Assembly (NCBI GenBank): GCA_042219045.1
Contig: JBDGQO010000053.1
Location: 1-42,988 of the forward strand
Direction: 5' to 3'
Length of the DNA stretch: 42,988 bases
Source: Candidatus Bipolaricaulia bacterium
GTDB taxonomy: Bacteria > Bipolaricaulota > Bipolaricaulia > RBG-16-55-9
Position numbers and translations under genes: made by a program. The notes beneath the pieces were generated by a model. It made no database searches. It saw nothing but the letters and a program-made list of their open reading frames with translations, and was not told where the DNA came from. Each line of letters starts with the position of its first letter. The first letter of the stretch is position 1. Positions 1 to 9,967 of the stretch are shown in pieces.

Positions 1-2
1 CT

Positions 3-71
3 GTTCTCAACGGCGAGATCGACCCGTTCATCGAGGCGGTGCTGCGGCAGCAGCCCGCGGCCTCGTCCTGA
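3..71 (+). CDS. prfB: 3' end of a class I peptide chain release factor, most like RF2 (gene starts before the window)
   Basis: Reads VLNGEIDPFIEAVLRQQPAASS*, matching the RF2 C-terminal 'VLDGDLDxFIEA' motif; not in the ORF track. Confidence 0.7.
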   Translation, partial: VLNGEIDPFIEAVLRQQPAASS

Positions 72-75
72 CGCG

Positions 76-105
76 TTGCCCGCGAGCGGTCTCCTGGTGT
101 AGGGT
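76..105 (+). promoter_or_regulatory. sigma70-type promoter for ggt, probably leaderless
   Basis: TTGCCC(76-81)-18 nt-TAGGGT(100-105), 6 nt before the ATG at 112; no SD. Confidence 0.45.
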
Positions 106-111
106 TCCGGC

Positions 112-1686
112 ATGAGGCCCGGCCGATCGACCGTCATGGCCCCGCGCGCCATGGTCGCCACGAGCCATCCGCTTGCCGCCCAAGCCGGCTTGGATGCCAT
201 GCGGGAGGGCGGCACCGCCGTGGACGCGGCCATTGCGGCCTGTGCCGTGCTGGGCGTCGTCGAGCCGATCAGCACCGGCATCGGCGGCGATCTGTTTGCG
301 CTGGTCCATGAGGCCGAATCGGGCCGACTCCACGCGCTCAACGCCAGCGGGCGTTCGCCCCAATCAGCTACAATGGACACATACCGCGAGCGCGGCTTCG
401 CCGACGCGATGCCCAATGACGGGATTCTGAGCGTCACGGTTCCCGGCGCCGTCAGCGGCTGGGAGGCGCTGGTCGAGCGCTTCGGCCGGCAGTCCTTGAG
501 CCACCTCTTGGAGCCGGCCATCGGCTACGCCCGCGACGGCTTCCCCGTGAGCGAGGTCGTCGCCCGTCGCTGGGCTGACCAAGTGAGCAAGCTGGAACGG
601 CACGATCGCACGGCCGAGACGTTTTTAATGAACGGTCGCGCGCCGCGCGCGGGCGAGCGGTTTCGCAACCCCGGCCTCGCCAACTCGCTCGCTCACATTG
701 CCCAGCGGGGTGCGGATGCGCTCTATCGGGGCCCCATCGCCGAGGCCATCGCTGCCGAATCCGAGCGCCTCGACGGCCTGTTGACGCTCGAGGATCTTGC
801 CGACCATGAGCCGACTTGGGCCGAGCCGATTGGCACGGACTACCGTGGCGTCCGGATTTGTGAACATCCGCCCAACACTCAGGGCCTCATCGCGCTGCTC
901 GCGCTCAACATCGCGGAGCGCTTCGATCTGGCGAGCATGCCCTGGGATTCGCCCGAGCGGTTCCATGCGCTTGTCGAGACGACCAAGCTGGCCTTCGCCC
1001 ACGGCCACGACGCCATCGCTGACCCGGACTTCGCCGAGCTGCCGGCTGCCGAGCGATTGGACAAGGCCTACGCTGTCGACCTCCAAGGCCGGATCGGGGA
1101 GCAGGCCATCGTCGACACGGAACCGAGCCGAGCCGAAGGCGGCACCGTCTACGTCAGCGCCATCGACGAGCAGGGCAACGTCGCGTCGGTCATCGAAAGC
1201 ATTTTTCATCCGTTCGGAGCGGGCGTGACGGCGGGGGATACGGGAATTCTCCTGCAGAACCGGGGCGCGCTTTTCTCGCTCGATCCCGAGCATCCCAACT
1301 CTGTTGCGCCGAGCAAGCGGTCGTATCACACGATCCTGCCCGCGATGGCCTTCAAAGATAACCACCCGTCGCTGTCGTTCGGGATGGTCGGGGGCTTCAT
1401 GCAGCCACAGGGGCATCTGCAGATGCTGTCCAACCTCATCGATCACGGCATGAGCGTCCAGGCCGCCATCGAGGCCCCGCGGTTCCGGTTGTTTGAAGGA
1501 AGTCGGATGGCCCTTGAACCCCAGATTTCCGAGGCGACGCGAAACGCGCTCGCGTTACGGGGCCACACGCTCATCGAGGGAGATGGAAACTTCGGCGGCG
1601 CCCAGGCGATCGTGATTGACCCCGACACGGGGGATCTCCACGGCGGCTCCGATCCGCGCAAGGACGGCTGTGCCCAAGGTTTTTAA
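112..1686 (+). CDS. ggt: gamma-glutamyltransferase family protein
   Basis: MVATSHPLAAQAG, GGTAVDAAIA, VVEPISTGIGGD, nucleophile Thr in GGTVYVSAID, LQNRG, GGFMQPQG, GGSDPRKDG. Confidence 0.93.
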   Translation: MRPGRSTVMAPRAMVATSHPLAAQAGLDAMREGGTAVDAAIAACAVLGVVEPISTGIGGDLFALVHEAESGRLHALNASGRSPQSATMDTYRERGFADAMPNDGILSVTVPGAVSGWEALVERFGRQSLSHLLEPAIGYARDGFPVSEVVARRWADQVSKLERHDRTAETFLMNGRAPRAGERFRNPGLANSLAHIAQRGADALYRGPIAEAIAAESERLDGLLTLEDLADHEPTWAEPIGTDYRGVRICEHPPNTQGLIALLALNIAERFDLASMPWDSPERFHALVETTKLAFAHGHDAIADPDFAELPAAERLDKAYAVDLQGRIGEQAIVDTEPSRAEGGTVYVSAIDEQGNVASVIESIFHPFGAGVTAGDTGILLQNRGALFSLDPEHPNSVAPSKRSYHTILPAMAFKDNHPSLSFGMVGGFMQPQGHLQMLSNLIDHGMSVQAAIEAPRFRLFEGSRMALEPQISEATRNALALRGHTLIEGDGNFGGAQAIVIDPDTGDLHGGSDPRKDGCAQGF

Positions 1687-1767
1687 ATACCGAACCAAGA
1701 TCCGAAGAGGCGCCGGGAGGAGGGCTCGCTTGTCGTGGGCGTGGCCTCATGGTGCAGTGCGGCCTCG

Positions 1768-2544
1768 ATGATGATGGAGTTTGGGGTGCTTGCGCTGCTT
1801 GCCATTGGCGTCGGCTTCATCGCCAGCATGATCGGCGTCGGCGGCGGCATCTTCATGGTGCCATTGTTGACGCTCGTCTACGTCCCGACGACTCAGATCG
1901 CCGTCGGGACAAGCCTTGCCGCCATCGTCTTCAACAGCCTCTCCTCCACGATCGGCTACGGGCGCCAACGGGCCGTCGACTTCCGATTGGGCGGGTTGCT
2001 CGTCCCGACGGCGCTTGTGGGCGCTTGGCTGGGGGCGTATCTGACGGGCTTCGTCTCCAGCGGCGGGTTGGCGATCGCGTTCGGGGCGCTCTTGATCTAC
2101 GTCGCGGGGCTCATGCTCTGGGGCCGCTCGCCCAAGGAACTGGCCGCCAAATTCAGACGCCAGACCGACGACGGCCGCGACGTCTATCGGCCGATGCCCG
2201 TGTTGGGAATTGGGTTCCTGGCGGGTGTCGCCTCGGGGTTTTTCGGCATCGGCGGCGGAACGGTCATGGTGCCGGCCATCACGCTGCTGTTGGGGGCGGA
2301 CATTTTGACGGCCGTGGCGACGAGCTTATTTGTCATGGGGCCGTCGGCCCTGATCGGGTCGGGCCAGCACTTTCTGCAGGGAAACCTCCAAATCGAATTG
2401 GCGTTACCGTTGGCAGTCGGCATTATCATTGGCGCCCAGCTCGGCAGCCACATCGCCACTCGCGTGCCGCAGTTACTCCTGCGACGGCTCTTCGGCGTCG
2501 TCCTGCTCTACGCCGCGGTCAACATGATCGTGGAGGGCCTCTAG
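1768..2544 (+). CDS. TauE/SafE (TSUP) sulfite exporter family permease
   Basis: Two repeats of G(V/I)GGG..VP plus A(V)GTSL/AVATSL; multi-TM; start among ATGs at 1768/1771/1774. Confidence 0.88.
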   Translation: MMMEFGVLALLAIGVGFIASMIGVGGGIFMVPLLTLVYVPTTQIAVGTSLAAIVFNSLSSTIGYGRQRAVDFRLGGLLVPTALVGAWLGAYLTGFVSSGGLAIAFGALLIYVAGLMLWGRSPKELAAKFRRQTDDGRDVYRPMPVLGIGFLAGVASGFFGIGGGTVMVPAITLLLGADILTAVATSLFVMGPSALIGSGQHFLQGNLQIELALPLAVGIIIGAQLGSHIATRVPQLLLRRLFGVVLLYAAVNMIVEGL

Positions 2545-2958
2545 CGCGCTCAGCCGGCGCGAGTGCCGAATCAAGCCGACCGCGATCACCGCCACCAAGA
2601 CAACAGCAACCAGAATACTGGCCGTCTGGAGACGGTTGATCCGCGCGCCTTGGTCGGCGATCTGTTCGCTCAGGATGGAGAGCTGACCCTCGACCCGTTC
2701 CTGGAGATCATTGACCTGGCTCTGCAACTGGCTTGTCCGCTCGCCTTGCGCATCCAGCCGCGTCTCGGTCTGCTCTAGGCGGGACTCGGTGTTCTGCAAT
2801 AGCGTCCGGAGCGCTTCGAGCGTCCGTGCAATGTCCGGGTTCCCTGCCTCCGTCGATGGCGTCTGGGTCGACGCGTCTTGACCGAAGGCAGGCCATGTGC
2901 CCAGCGCCAATAGCGCGATCGTGAGCAGTGCCACGACGCTCTTCCGTGCGATCATCAC
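2473..2958 (-). CDS. hypothetical exported protein: signal peptide, coiled coil, C-terminal TM anchor
   Basis: N-terminal RK + hydrophobic stretch + AFG/Q cleavage site; heptad Q/E/L-rich segment; hydrophobic ILVAVVLVAVIAVGLI. Confidence 0.7.
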   Translation of the reverse strand: MMIARKSVVALLTIALLALGTWPAFGQDASTQTPSTEAGNPDIARTLEALRTLLQNTESRLEQTETRLDAQGERTSQLQSQVNDLQERVEGQLSILSEQIADQGARINRLQTASILVAVVLVAVIAVGLIRHSRRLSALEALHDHVDRGVEQDDAEEPSQE

Positions 2959-3059
2959 GGCTTGAGCATACCGTGCAGAGAGGGCCTAGCGGAGGACACG
3001 GGTCGCCGCGTCCGGTTCGCTTTGGCCCGTGGACTGGGTATCGCGACGAGCCTTAGGCC

Positions 3060-4601
3060 TCAGAGCGGAATGTTGCCGTGCTTCTTCCAGGGATTGCTGT
3101 CGGTCTTGGAGGCGAGCATCTCGAGCGAGTTGATCAGGGTGAGCCGCGTGTCGGCCGGGTCGATGACGTCGTCGAGGTAGCCCCGCTCGGCGGCGATGTA
3201 GGGATTGGCGAAGCGTTCGCGGTACTGCTGGATGAGTTCGTCCTCGCGGGCGTCGGGATCCTCGGCCTGTTCGATCTCCTTGCGGTAGATGATCTCCACG
3301 GCGCCCTTCGGTCCCATGACCGCGATCTCGGCGGTCGGCCAGGCGAAGTTGAAGTCGCCGCGGATGTGCTTGGAGCTCATCACGTCGTAGGCGCCCCCAT
3401 ACGCCTTGCGGGTGATGACCGTGACCTTGGGGACCGTCGCCTCGGCGAACGCGTACAACAGCTTCGCCCCGTGTTTAATGATCCCCTGCCATTCTTGATC
3501 GGTCCCCGGCAAGAAGCCGGGCACGTCCACGAACGTAACGATGGGAATGTTGAACGCGTCGCAGAAGCGGACGAAGCGGGCCCCCTTGACGGAGGAGTCG
3601 ATGTCCAACACGCCCGCGAGCACGTCGGGCTGGTTGGCGACGATGCCGACCGAACGTCCGTTCAGGCGGGCGAAGCCGACGATGATGTTGCCCGCATAGT
3701 CGCGATGGACTTCCATGAACGCGCCGTCGTCGACGACCTCGGTGATGACCTCGTGCATGTCGTAGGGCTGGTTGGGGCTGTCCGGAATAAGGCTCTGGAG
3801 GCGCTCGGAGCGCCGATCGGGCGGATCCTCCGTGGGAATCGTCGGCGTCTCGGCTCGGTTGTTGGGGGGCACGTAGGCCATCAGTTCCCGGATCTGCTCC
3901 AGGCAGGCGACGTCGTTCTCCGCCGTGAAATGGGCCACGCCGCTCTTTTCGTTGTGGGCGCTCGCGCCGCCCAACGCCTGGTGGTCGACGTCCTCGCCCG
4001 TGACGGTCTGCACGACCTTCGGGCCGGTCACGTACATGGTGCTTGTGTCCTGGACCATGAAGACGAAGTCCGTAATCGCCGGGGAGTAGACGGCGCCGCC
4101 CGCGCAAGGCCCCATGATGGCCGAAATCTGGGGAATGACCCCCGAGGCGAGGGTGTTGCGCAGGAAGATGTCGGCGTAGCCGCCGAGGCTGACGACGCCC
4201 TCTTGGATGCGCGCGCCGCCCGAGTCATTCAGCCCGATGACGGGCACACCTGCTTTCATGGCGTGGTCCATGACCTTGCAGATCTTCTCCGCATGGGCCA
4301 TTGACAGCGAGCCGCCGAAGACCGTGAAGTCCTGCGAGAAGACGTAGACTTTTCTCCCGTGGATCGTCCCGTAGCCCGTCACGACGCCGTCGCCGGCATA
4401 ATGGGGCAGGTCGAACTCGTGAATCCGATGCGTCACGAGCATGTCCATCTCGTTGAAGCTGCCCTCGTCCAGAAGCACCTCGAGGCGCTCGCGCGCGGTC
4501 AGCTTGCCCTTTTCGTGTTGGCGAGCGATCCGGTCCTCGCCCCCACCGAGGCGGGCGTCGGCCTTGCGCCGATTTAGCTCCTGAATGCGATCGTCGCTCA
4601 T
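3060..4601 (-). CDS. pccB: acyl-CoA carboxylase carboxyltransferase subunit (propionyl/methylmalonyl-CoA type, PccB-like)
   Basis: [64 protein letters not shown]. Confidence 0.92.
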   Translation of the reverse strand: MSDDRIQELNRRKADARLGGGEDRIARQHEKGKLTARERLEVLLDEGSFNEMDMLVTHRIHEFDLPHYAGDGVVTGYGTIHGRKVYVFSQDFTVFGGSLSMAHAEKICKVMDHAMKAGVPVIGLNDSGGARIQEGVVSLGGYADIFLRNTLASGVIPQISAIMGPCAGGAVYSPAITDFVFMVQDTSTMYVTGPKVVQTVTGEDVDHQALGGASAHNEKSGVAHFTAENDVACLEQIRELMAYVPPNNRAETPTIPTEDPPDRRSERLQSLIPDSPNQPYDMHEVITEVVDDGAFMEVHRDYAGNIIVGFARLNGRSVGIVANQPDVLAGVLDIDSSVKGARFVRFCDAFNIPIVTFVDVPGFLPGTDQEWQGIIKHGAKLLYAFAEATVPKVTVITRKAYGGAYDVMSSKHIRGDFNFAWPTAEIAVMGPKGAVEIIYRKEIEQAEDPDAREDELIQQYRERFANPYIAAERGYLDDVIDPADTRLTLINSLEMLASKTDSNPWKKHGNIPL

Positions 4602-4734
4602 GGCACCGGCAGTTTAGGCCACGCCGGCGGAAGCGCGCAAGGACCCTGAAATGGACGCAAGCGTTTCGCGCCCGAACGCGGGTTGTGGGTCCGCGGTCGA
4701 GGCCAGCCCATCGATGGGCCTCGAAAAGGGAAGG

Positions 4735-4773
4735 CGGGCGACCGTGGCTCCGAGGGAGGGGGACGGTCGCCCG
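4735..4773 (-). terminator. GC-rich hairpin followed on the minus strand by a pyrimidine tract; likely terminator of the ABC operon or of a small RNA
   Basis: 11-bp perfect stem cgggcgaccgt(4735-4745)/acggtcgcccg(4763-4773); minus strand continues ccttcccttttc. Confidence 0.55.
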
Positions 4774-4841
4774 TGCGTCTGGGAGGGGCGCAAAGGAGGT
4801 CGCTGCGCGTCCCTATCTACGCACGGACTGCCTCGAGGGTT

Positions 4842-5519
4842 TCATGACCCGGCTCCGCCACCGCCAAGGCCAGGCACGCGGATGCGGCCCTCGAACCAGC
4901 GCAATCCCCACGTGATCATCAAGACGATCGCCAGATACATCAGCGCAACGATGATGAAGACCTCGAAGTAGCGGAACGTGTCGCTGGCGATGATCCGGGC
5001 CTCGCCCATAAGGTCGCGGACGGTTGCCAGGAAGATGATCGAGGAGTATTTAAGCATCAGAATCAACTCGTTCGACCAAGGAGGGATCACCAACCGCAGC
5101 GCTTGCGGCAGAACGATATGTCGTAGCGACTGCCACGGGGTCATCCCGACGGATCGGGCAGCCATCATCTGACCAGCGGGCAACGATTGAATCGACCCCC
5201 GGAAGTACTCCGCTTGATAAGCGGCGGTGTTGAGCCCGAACGCCAGCACGCCTGCCGTGAACCCGTCGAAGCTGATCCCAATTTTCGGCAGGCCGTAATA
5301 GACGAGAAAGACCTGTACCAGGATCGGCGTCCCGCGGAAGAAGCTGACGTAGACGCTGCAAAACCCATAGACAATGTGGCGCCCATAGATTCGGCCCATC
5401 GCCAGGAGCAGGCCAAGGACGATGCCGATAGCGATGCACAGCGCCGTGATCTCGAGCGTCACGATCAGCCCGTCCAGGAGCTGCGGCATCCAGGCCGCGA
5501 GGTCAAAGTCGAGATCCAC
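4842..5519 (-). CDS. polar amino-acid ABC transporter permease (HisM/GlnP family)
   Basis: FFRGTPILVQ, AAYQAEYFRG, GQMMAARSVGM (EAA loop), IVLPQALR. Confidence 0.92.
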   Translation of the reverse strand: MDLDFDLAAWMPQLLDGLIVTLEITALCIAIGIVLGLLLAMGRIYGRHIVYGFCSVYVSFFRGTPILVQVFLVYYGLPKIGISFDGFTAGVLAFGLNTAAYQAEYFRGSIQSLPAGQMMAARSVGMTPWQSLRHIVLPQALRLVIPPWSNELILMLKYSSIIFLATVRDLMGEARIIASDTFRYFEVFIIVALMYLAIVLMITWGLRWFEGRIRVPGLGGGGAGS

Positions 5520-5522
5520 GGA

Positions 5523-6293
5523 TCATACACCGTCCTCATCCGTCTCGCTGTCCTCGTGCAGCGCCGCGATCCGTCGTAAGAACTCGCCGGTCCGAGCGTG
5601 TTGGGGGTTGGCAAAGAGCTGATCCGGGGGGCCTTGTTCGACGATGTGCCCGCCCTCCATGAAAAGGATCTCGTCAGCCGCCCGGCGTGCGAAGCCCATC
5701 TCGTGAGAGACGACGACCATCGTCATCCCTTCTTGGGCGAGATCGTCCATGACGGCCAGCACCTCCCCCGTTAGCTCGGGATCGAGGGCGCTGGTCGGCT
5801 CATCAAAGAGCATCACCTTCGGCTCCATGGCCAATGCCCGCGCGATCGCGACGCGCTGCTGCTGGCCGCCCGACAGCTCGGCGGGATACGCGTCGGCCTT
5901 TTCGGCCAAGCCGACGCGATCCAATGTTTGGCGCGCTTGTTCGGTGGCTGAGGCCTTGTCCATGCGCTTGACCTTCAACAATCCGATCCGGACGTTGCCC
6001 AGAGCCGTCAGGTGCGTGAACAAATTGAAATCCTGGAAGACGAAGCCGATCGCAGCGCGGACTCGGTTGATGTTCGTCTTCGGACTGGTCGCTTCAACGT
6101 CCTCAAGCCAGATCCGGCCGTGGTCGGGTTCGGTGAGCCGGTTGACGCAGCGCAGCAGCGTGCTTTTGCCCGTCCCGGACGGGCCCATGACGACGATCGT
6201 CTGACCCCATGGGACATCGATCGACACGCCCTTGAGGACTTCCTCAGTGCCAAAGCGCTTGTGGAGGTCCTCGATGCGCAGGATGGGCGTCAT
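5523..6293 (-). CDS. polar amino-acid ABC transporter ATP-binding protein (GlnQ family)
   Basis: Walker A GPSGTGKST, LSGGQQQRVAIARAL, FDEPTSALDPE, SHEMGFAR. Confidence 0.95.
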   Translation of the reverse strand: MTPILRIEDLHKRFGTEEVLKGVSIDVPWGQTIVVMGPSGTGKSTLLRCVNRLTEPDHGRIWLEDVEATSPKTNINRVRAAIGFVFQDFNLFTHLTALGNVRIGLLKVKRMDKASATEQARQTLDRVGLAEKADAYPAELSGGQQQRVAIARALAMEPKVMLFDEPTSALDPELTGEVLAVMDDLAQEGMTMVVVSHEMGFARRAADEILFMEGGHIVEQGPPDQLFANPQHARTGEFLRRIAALHEDSETDEDGV

Positions 6294-7138
6294 GCGACAT
6301 TCGCCTCCCTCCGAGATTCAGCTGAGCCCGTGCCTCTTGCCTCGAAGCCGGGCAGTGCGAGACGGCGTTCCAGCAGCTGCAGGCCCGTGTTGCCGAGCGA
6401 CGTGAGCGCCCAGAACAGCAGGGCCACGGTGATGTAGGCGTGCATTGTCAACGTCGGATCGTTCACGGAGACGTTGCGGGCAAAGCGCAGCACCTCGTTG
6501 ATGCCGATGGCATAGATAAGGGTGGTGTCCTTGAGCTCTGACGAGAACTCGTTGGACCAGGCCGGAATCGCCAGCCGGAGCGCCTGCGGCAGCACAATCG
6601 AGCCGATCGTCTGCAGCCGACCCATGCCGATGGATTGGGCAGCCCTGATCTGGCCTGACGAGATGGACTGAATGGCGCCTCGGAAGATTTGGGACTGATA
6701 CCCGGATGAGCGGAATCCCATGGCCAATGCGGCAGCCATGAATGGCGAGATGTTGATCCCGAGTTGAGGGGATCCATAGTAGAACAGGAACAGCAACACA
6801 AGTGCTGGCACGCCGCGGAAGAACCACTCCCACGCCAGGGCGACGGCCCACGGCACGCGAGCGACGCCAACGCGGATCAGTTCGAAAGCTTGGCCCATGG
6901 GGCTCGCTCGAGCGCGACGACCAACGCTGGTGTAGACCTGAATGAGCGCGATGACGATGCCGACGGCAAATCCGAGCGGGATGAGCACGGCGAAGACGCT
7001 CAAGTTGTCGAGCAACTCCGTGAAGAAGCCCGGCAGGCGATTGACGAGGCGGCCGAACTGGGCGATGAACGCCCAGACGTTGCCGATGGCCTCAATGACC
7101 GGGTCAAGCAGCGGTTGGAGAACCAGACCGAACTTCAT
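6290..7138 (-). CDS. polar amino-acid ABC transporter permease
   Basis: FFRGVPALV, YQSQIFRGAIQSI, GQIRAAQSIGM, IVLPQALR. Confidence 0.9.
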   Translation of the reverse strand: MKFGLVLQPLLDPVIEAIGNVWAFIAQFGRLVNRLPGFFTELLDNLSVFAVLIPLGFAVGIVIALIQVYTSVGRRARASPMGQAFELIRVGVARVPWAVALAWEWFFRGVPALVLLFLFYYGSPQLGINISPFMAAALAMGFRSSGYQSQIFRGAIQSISSGQIRAAQSIGMGRLQTIGSIVLPQALRLAIPAWSNEFSSELKDTTLIYAIGINEVLRFARNVSVNDPTLTMHAYITVALLFWALTSLGNTGLQLLERRLALPGFEARGTGSAESRREANVA

Positions 7139-7218
7139 CGATGGCAGCTCCGCTTCTCTCGGACCTCAGGGTGCACCAGCCCTCGTTATCGCGGCGTCAA
7201 AGCGGCGTAAAATGGGAA

Positions 7219-7250
7219 CGGGCCGAGAGCGTTGGAACGCTCCCGGCCCG
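7219..7250 (-). terminator. intercistronic hairpin after the SBP gene (partial terminator or mRNA stabiliser)
   Basis: Minus strand cgggccgggagcgtt-cc-aacgctctcggcccg followed by ttcccatttt. Confidence 0.6.
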
Positions 7251-7272
7251 CACTCGCTCGTGGTCCGTTCGG

Positions 7273-8208
7273 TTACTGAGTCGCCTTCGCCATGCAGGAG
7301 GCGTAGTTGGCCACGTCCTCCATGTTGGAGGCATTGAGGATGCCGTCCTTGCATTCGTTCCAGGCGGCGGTGATCGTCTCGTTGTCGGGGCCGAAGTAGG
7401 CCGAGGTCAGGTCGTCCCACGGCGTGCCGGACTGGACGTTGAGTTGCGTGCCGGCGGCCGTGTCGACGACGTTGAGGCCGAGTTGACTGACGCCCTCGTT
7501 GATCTGGGGCAGCAGGCCCTTCGGGTCGCCTTCCTGGACGTTGAAGCCGAAGTATTCGAACGTGTTGATGATCCCGGCCACGGTCAGTTGATCCGGGAAG
7601 GAGGCGACCGAGGACTGGGAGGCCGGCTCGTCCTGGATGACCGCGTCGATGCGGCCATTGACCAGATCCTGAATGGCCAAGGGATACGTTTCGTAGAGCT
7701 CAAGCTCCACGTCCACCCCCTGGTCGATCAGGTTGTTCTGGACCCAGGCGGCGCCCGTGGTGCCGCGCTGGGCGCCGATGGCCCCGTTCGGGCCGTTGCC
7801 CATGAGCGCAGTCACCATGTTGACGTCGCTGTCAGAGCGCAACACGACGGCCTGATTGGAGAGATAATACGGGTCGGAGAAGTCCACGACCTCGTCGCGC
7901 TTGTCCGTGATGGTGAAGCCCGAGGCGCCGATGTCGCAACGGCCGGATCGAATAGCCGGAATGATCGAGTCGAACGCCAGGTTCTGAATCTCGATCTCAA
8001 AGTCTTGAACGGCGGCGATCGCTCGCATCACGTCCATGTCGAACCCGAAGAACTCGCCGCTTTCGGTCGTCATTTCGAACGGGGGCCACGGCAGGTCTGA
8101 ACAGACCGTGTAGGGGCCGTCCTGCGCTTGGGGAGCAAGGCCGATCCCGAGGGCCATGCCCGCTGTCAACGCGAACACGGCACACAGCCGGAGCATGTGT
8201 GTACGCAT
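7273..8208 (-). CDS. amino-acid ABC transporter substrate-binding protein (SBP family 3)
   Basis: Signal peptide, WPPFE, GFDMDV, FDSIIPAI, GFTITDKR, DFSDPYY, GAQRGTTG, GRIDAVIQD; ATG at 8208 follows SD-like GAGGTG/GGGAG. Confidence 0.92.
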   Translation of the reverse strand: MRTHMLRLCAVFALTAGMALGIGLAPQAQDGPYTVCSDLPWPPFEMTTESGEFFGFDMDVMRAIAAVQDFEIEIQNLAFDSIIPAIRSGRCDIGASGFTITDKRDEVVDFSDPYYLSNQAVVLRSDSDVNMVTALMGNGPNGAIGAQRGTTGAAWVQNNLIDQGVDVELELYETYPLAIQDLVNGRIDAVIQDEPASQSSVASFPDQLTVAGIINTFEYFGFNVQEGDPKGLLPQINEGVSQLGLNVVDTAAGTQLNVQSGTPWDDLTSAYFGPDNETITAAWNECKDGILNASNMEDVANYASCMAKATQ

Positions 8209-8244
8209 ACTCCCGAACACCTCACTTCGGTTTTGGATTGGAGC

Positions 8245-8274
8245 CTTATACCATAGCGGGCCCGAATCCGTCAA
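8245..8274 (-). promoter_or_regulatory. sigma70 promoter of the amino-acid ABC operon
   Basis: Minus strand TTGACG-18 nt-TATAAG, with a TG extended -10. Confidence 0.65.
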
Positions 8275-8344
8275 GGCGTCCGGAGCATACGGAGCATAAA
8301 AAGGGACGATGCCGACTTAGTGTGGCTCTATCCCGCGATGGTGA

Positions 8345-9799
8345 TCAGCGATCCTCAAAGCGGTAGTTGGGGGCTTCTTTCGTAATCTGGATGTCGTGCG
8401 GATGGGATTCGACAACCGAGGCGTGGGTCATCTGGAGGAACTCGGCGTCGCCCTGCAGCGTCGCCAGATCGGGCGCGCCGACGTAGCCCATGCCGTGTTG
8501 GAGGCCGCCGACGACTTGATGGAGCACGTCGGCAGCCGGCCCGCGGTACTTGACCCGTCCCTCGATGCCCTCAGCCACGGGCTCCTTCGTCTCGTCCCAG
8601 AAGTAGCGTCGCTCACGGTCCTCGGCCCGCTTCATCGACGTCACCGAGCCCATGCCGCGATAGGTCTTATACGTCTCGCCGCGCAGCGTGAAGCGCTCGC
8701 CGGGAGCTTCCTCGGTGCCGGCGAGCATGGAGCCAAGCATGACGGTTGCGGCGCCGCCCGCCAGTGCCTTGATCGCGTCGCCGGAGGCGCGGATGCCGCC
8801 GTCGGCAATGATGGAGACGCCCGCTTCGTCGGCCGCTTCGGCGCAGTCCAGAACGGCGGTCATCTGCGGGACGCCGATGCCGGCGACGACGCGAGTGGTG
8901 CAGATGGCTCCCGGCCCGATGCCCACCTTGACCGCGTCGGCTCCAGCTTCGATGAGATCCCGCGTCCCATCGGCCGTGGCGACGTTGCCGGCAATGACCT
9001 CGACCTCGGGGAACTCGCGCTTGAGCAGGCGGATCTTGTCGATGACGCCCTCGGAATGCCCGTGGGCCGTGTCGACAACCAAGAAGTCGACGTCCTGTTC
9101 GAGCAAGAGCTCCTCGCGCTTGAGGTCCAGCGCGGTTCCAATCGCTGCCCCGACGATGAGCCGGCCGCGCGCGTCCTTGCAGGCATTCGGATGCTCCTCG
9201 GCCTTGCGGATGTCGCGAATGGTGATGAGCCCTTGCAGCCGGAAGTGCTCGTCCACAAGCGGCAGCTTTTCGATGCGGTGCTCGTGGATGATCGCCTTGG
9301 CTTCCTCGAGCCCGATATGTGAGGGGGCCGTCACGAGGTCGGCCCGCGCCGTCATGGCCTGCTCGATAGGTCGATCGAGATCGCCCTGGAACTGCAGATC
9401 GCGGCGGGTCACGAGCCCGGCCAGCGTCAGCTCGTCGTCCACGATGGGCACGCCGGAAATGCCTCGCTCGCTCATGAGCTGATACGCCTTCCACAAGGGG
9501 TCGTTCGCCCGCAGCGTGAACGGATCCTTGATGATGCCCGACTCGTAGCGCTTGACGCGCTGGACTTCGCCCGCTTGGGCCTCGGGGCTCAAGTAACGGT
9601 GGATGACGCCGACGCCGCCCTCCACGGCCATGCCGATCGCCATGCTCGCCTCGGTGACCGTGTCCATGGAGGCGCTGACGATCGGAATGTTGAGGCGGAT
9701 CTTGGGCGTCAGTTGGGTGGACACGTCGACCTCGTTCGGAACGACGGCCGAGCGTTGGGGAACGAGCAGGACGTCGTCGAAGGTGATGCCGGTCCGCAC
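8345..9799 (-). CDS. guaB: IMP dehydrogenase with CBS pair
   Basis: [39 protein letters not shown] (catalytic Cys), YRGMGS, ESHPHD; GTG start after AAGGGGGA. Confidence 0.96.
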   Translation of the reverse strand: MRTGITFDDVLLVPQRSAVVPNEVDVSTQLTPKIRLNIPIVSASMDTVTEASMAIGMAVEGGVGVIHRYLSPEAQAGEVQRVKRYESGIIKDPFTLRANDPLWKAYQLMSERGISGVPIVDDELTLAGLVTRRDLQFQGDLDRPIEQAMTARADLVTAPSHIGLEEAKAIIHEHRIEKLPLVDEHFRLQGLITIRDIRKAEEHPNACKDARGRLIVGAAIGTALDLKREELLLEQDVDFLVVDTAHGHSEGVIDKIRLLKREFPEVEVIAGNVATADGTRDLIEAGADAVKVGIGPGAICTTRVVAGIGVPQMTAVLDCAEAADEAGVSIIADGGIRASGDAIKALAGGAATVMLGSMLAGTEEAPGERFTLRGETYKTYRGMGSVTSMKRAEDRERRYFWDETKEPVAEGIEGRVKYRGPAADVLHQVVGGLQHGMGYVGAPDLATLQGDAEFLQMTHASVVESHPHDIQITKEAPNYRFEDR

Positions 9800-9829
9800 G
9801 GTGGTTCCCCCTTGTGCAAGCGTTGCTTG

Positions 9830-9858
9830 ATTATAGGGAGCGGTCGGCAACTCGTCAA
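9830..9858 (-). promoter_or_regulatory. near-consensus sigma70 promoter of guaB
   Basis: Minus strand TTGACG-17 nt-TATAAT. Confidence 0.8.
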
Positions 9859-9967
9859 TTGGAGCCACCGGCCATCGCAGAAGTAGCGTCGACCTAGGGA
9901 CGCAACGTTGGCCCCGCTGACAGCGACTGATTTGACCGAACTTTCGCGTTGATCCGTCAAAGTGGAC

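Noticed and set aside
9800..9960. Possible purine riboswitch upstream of guaB
   Set aside because: The consensus promoter lies about 30 nt from the start codon, leaving no room, and no aptamer core was seen
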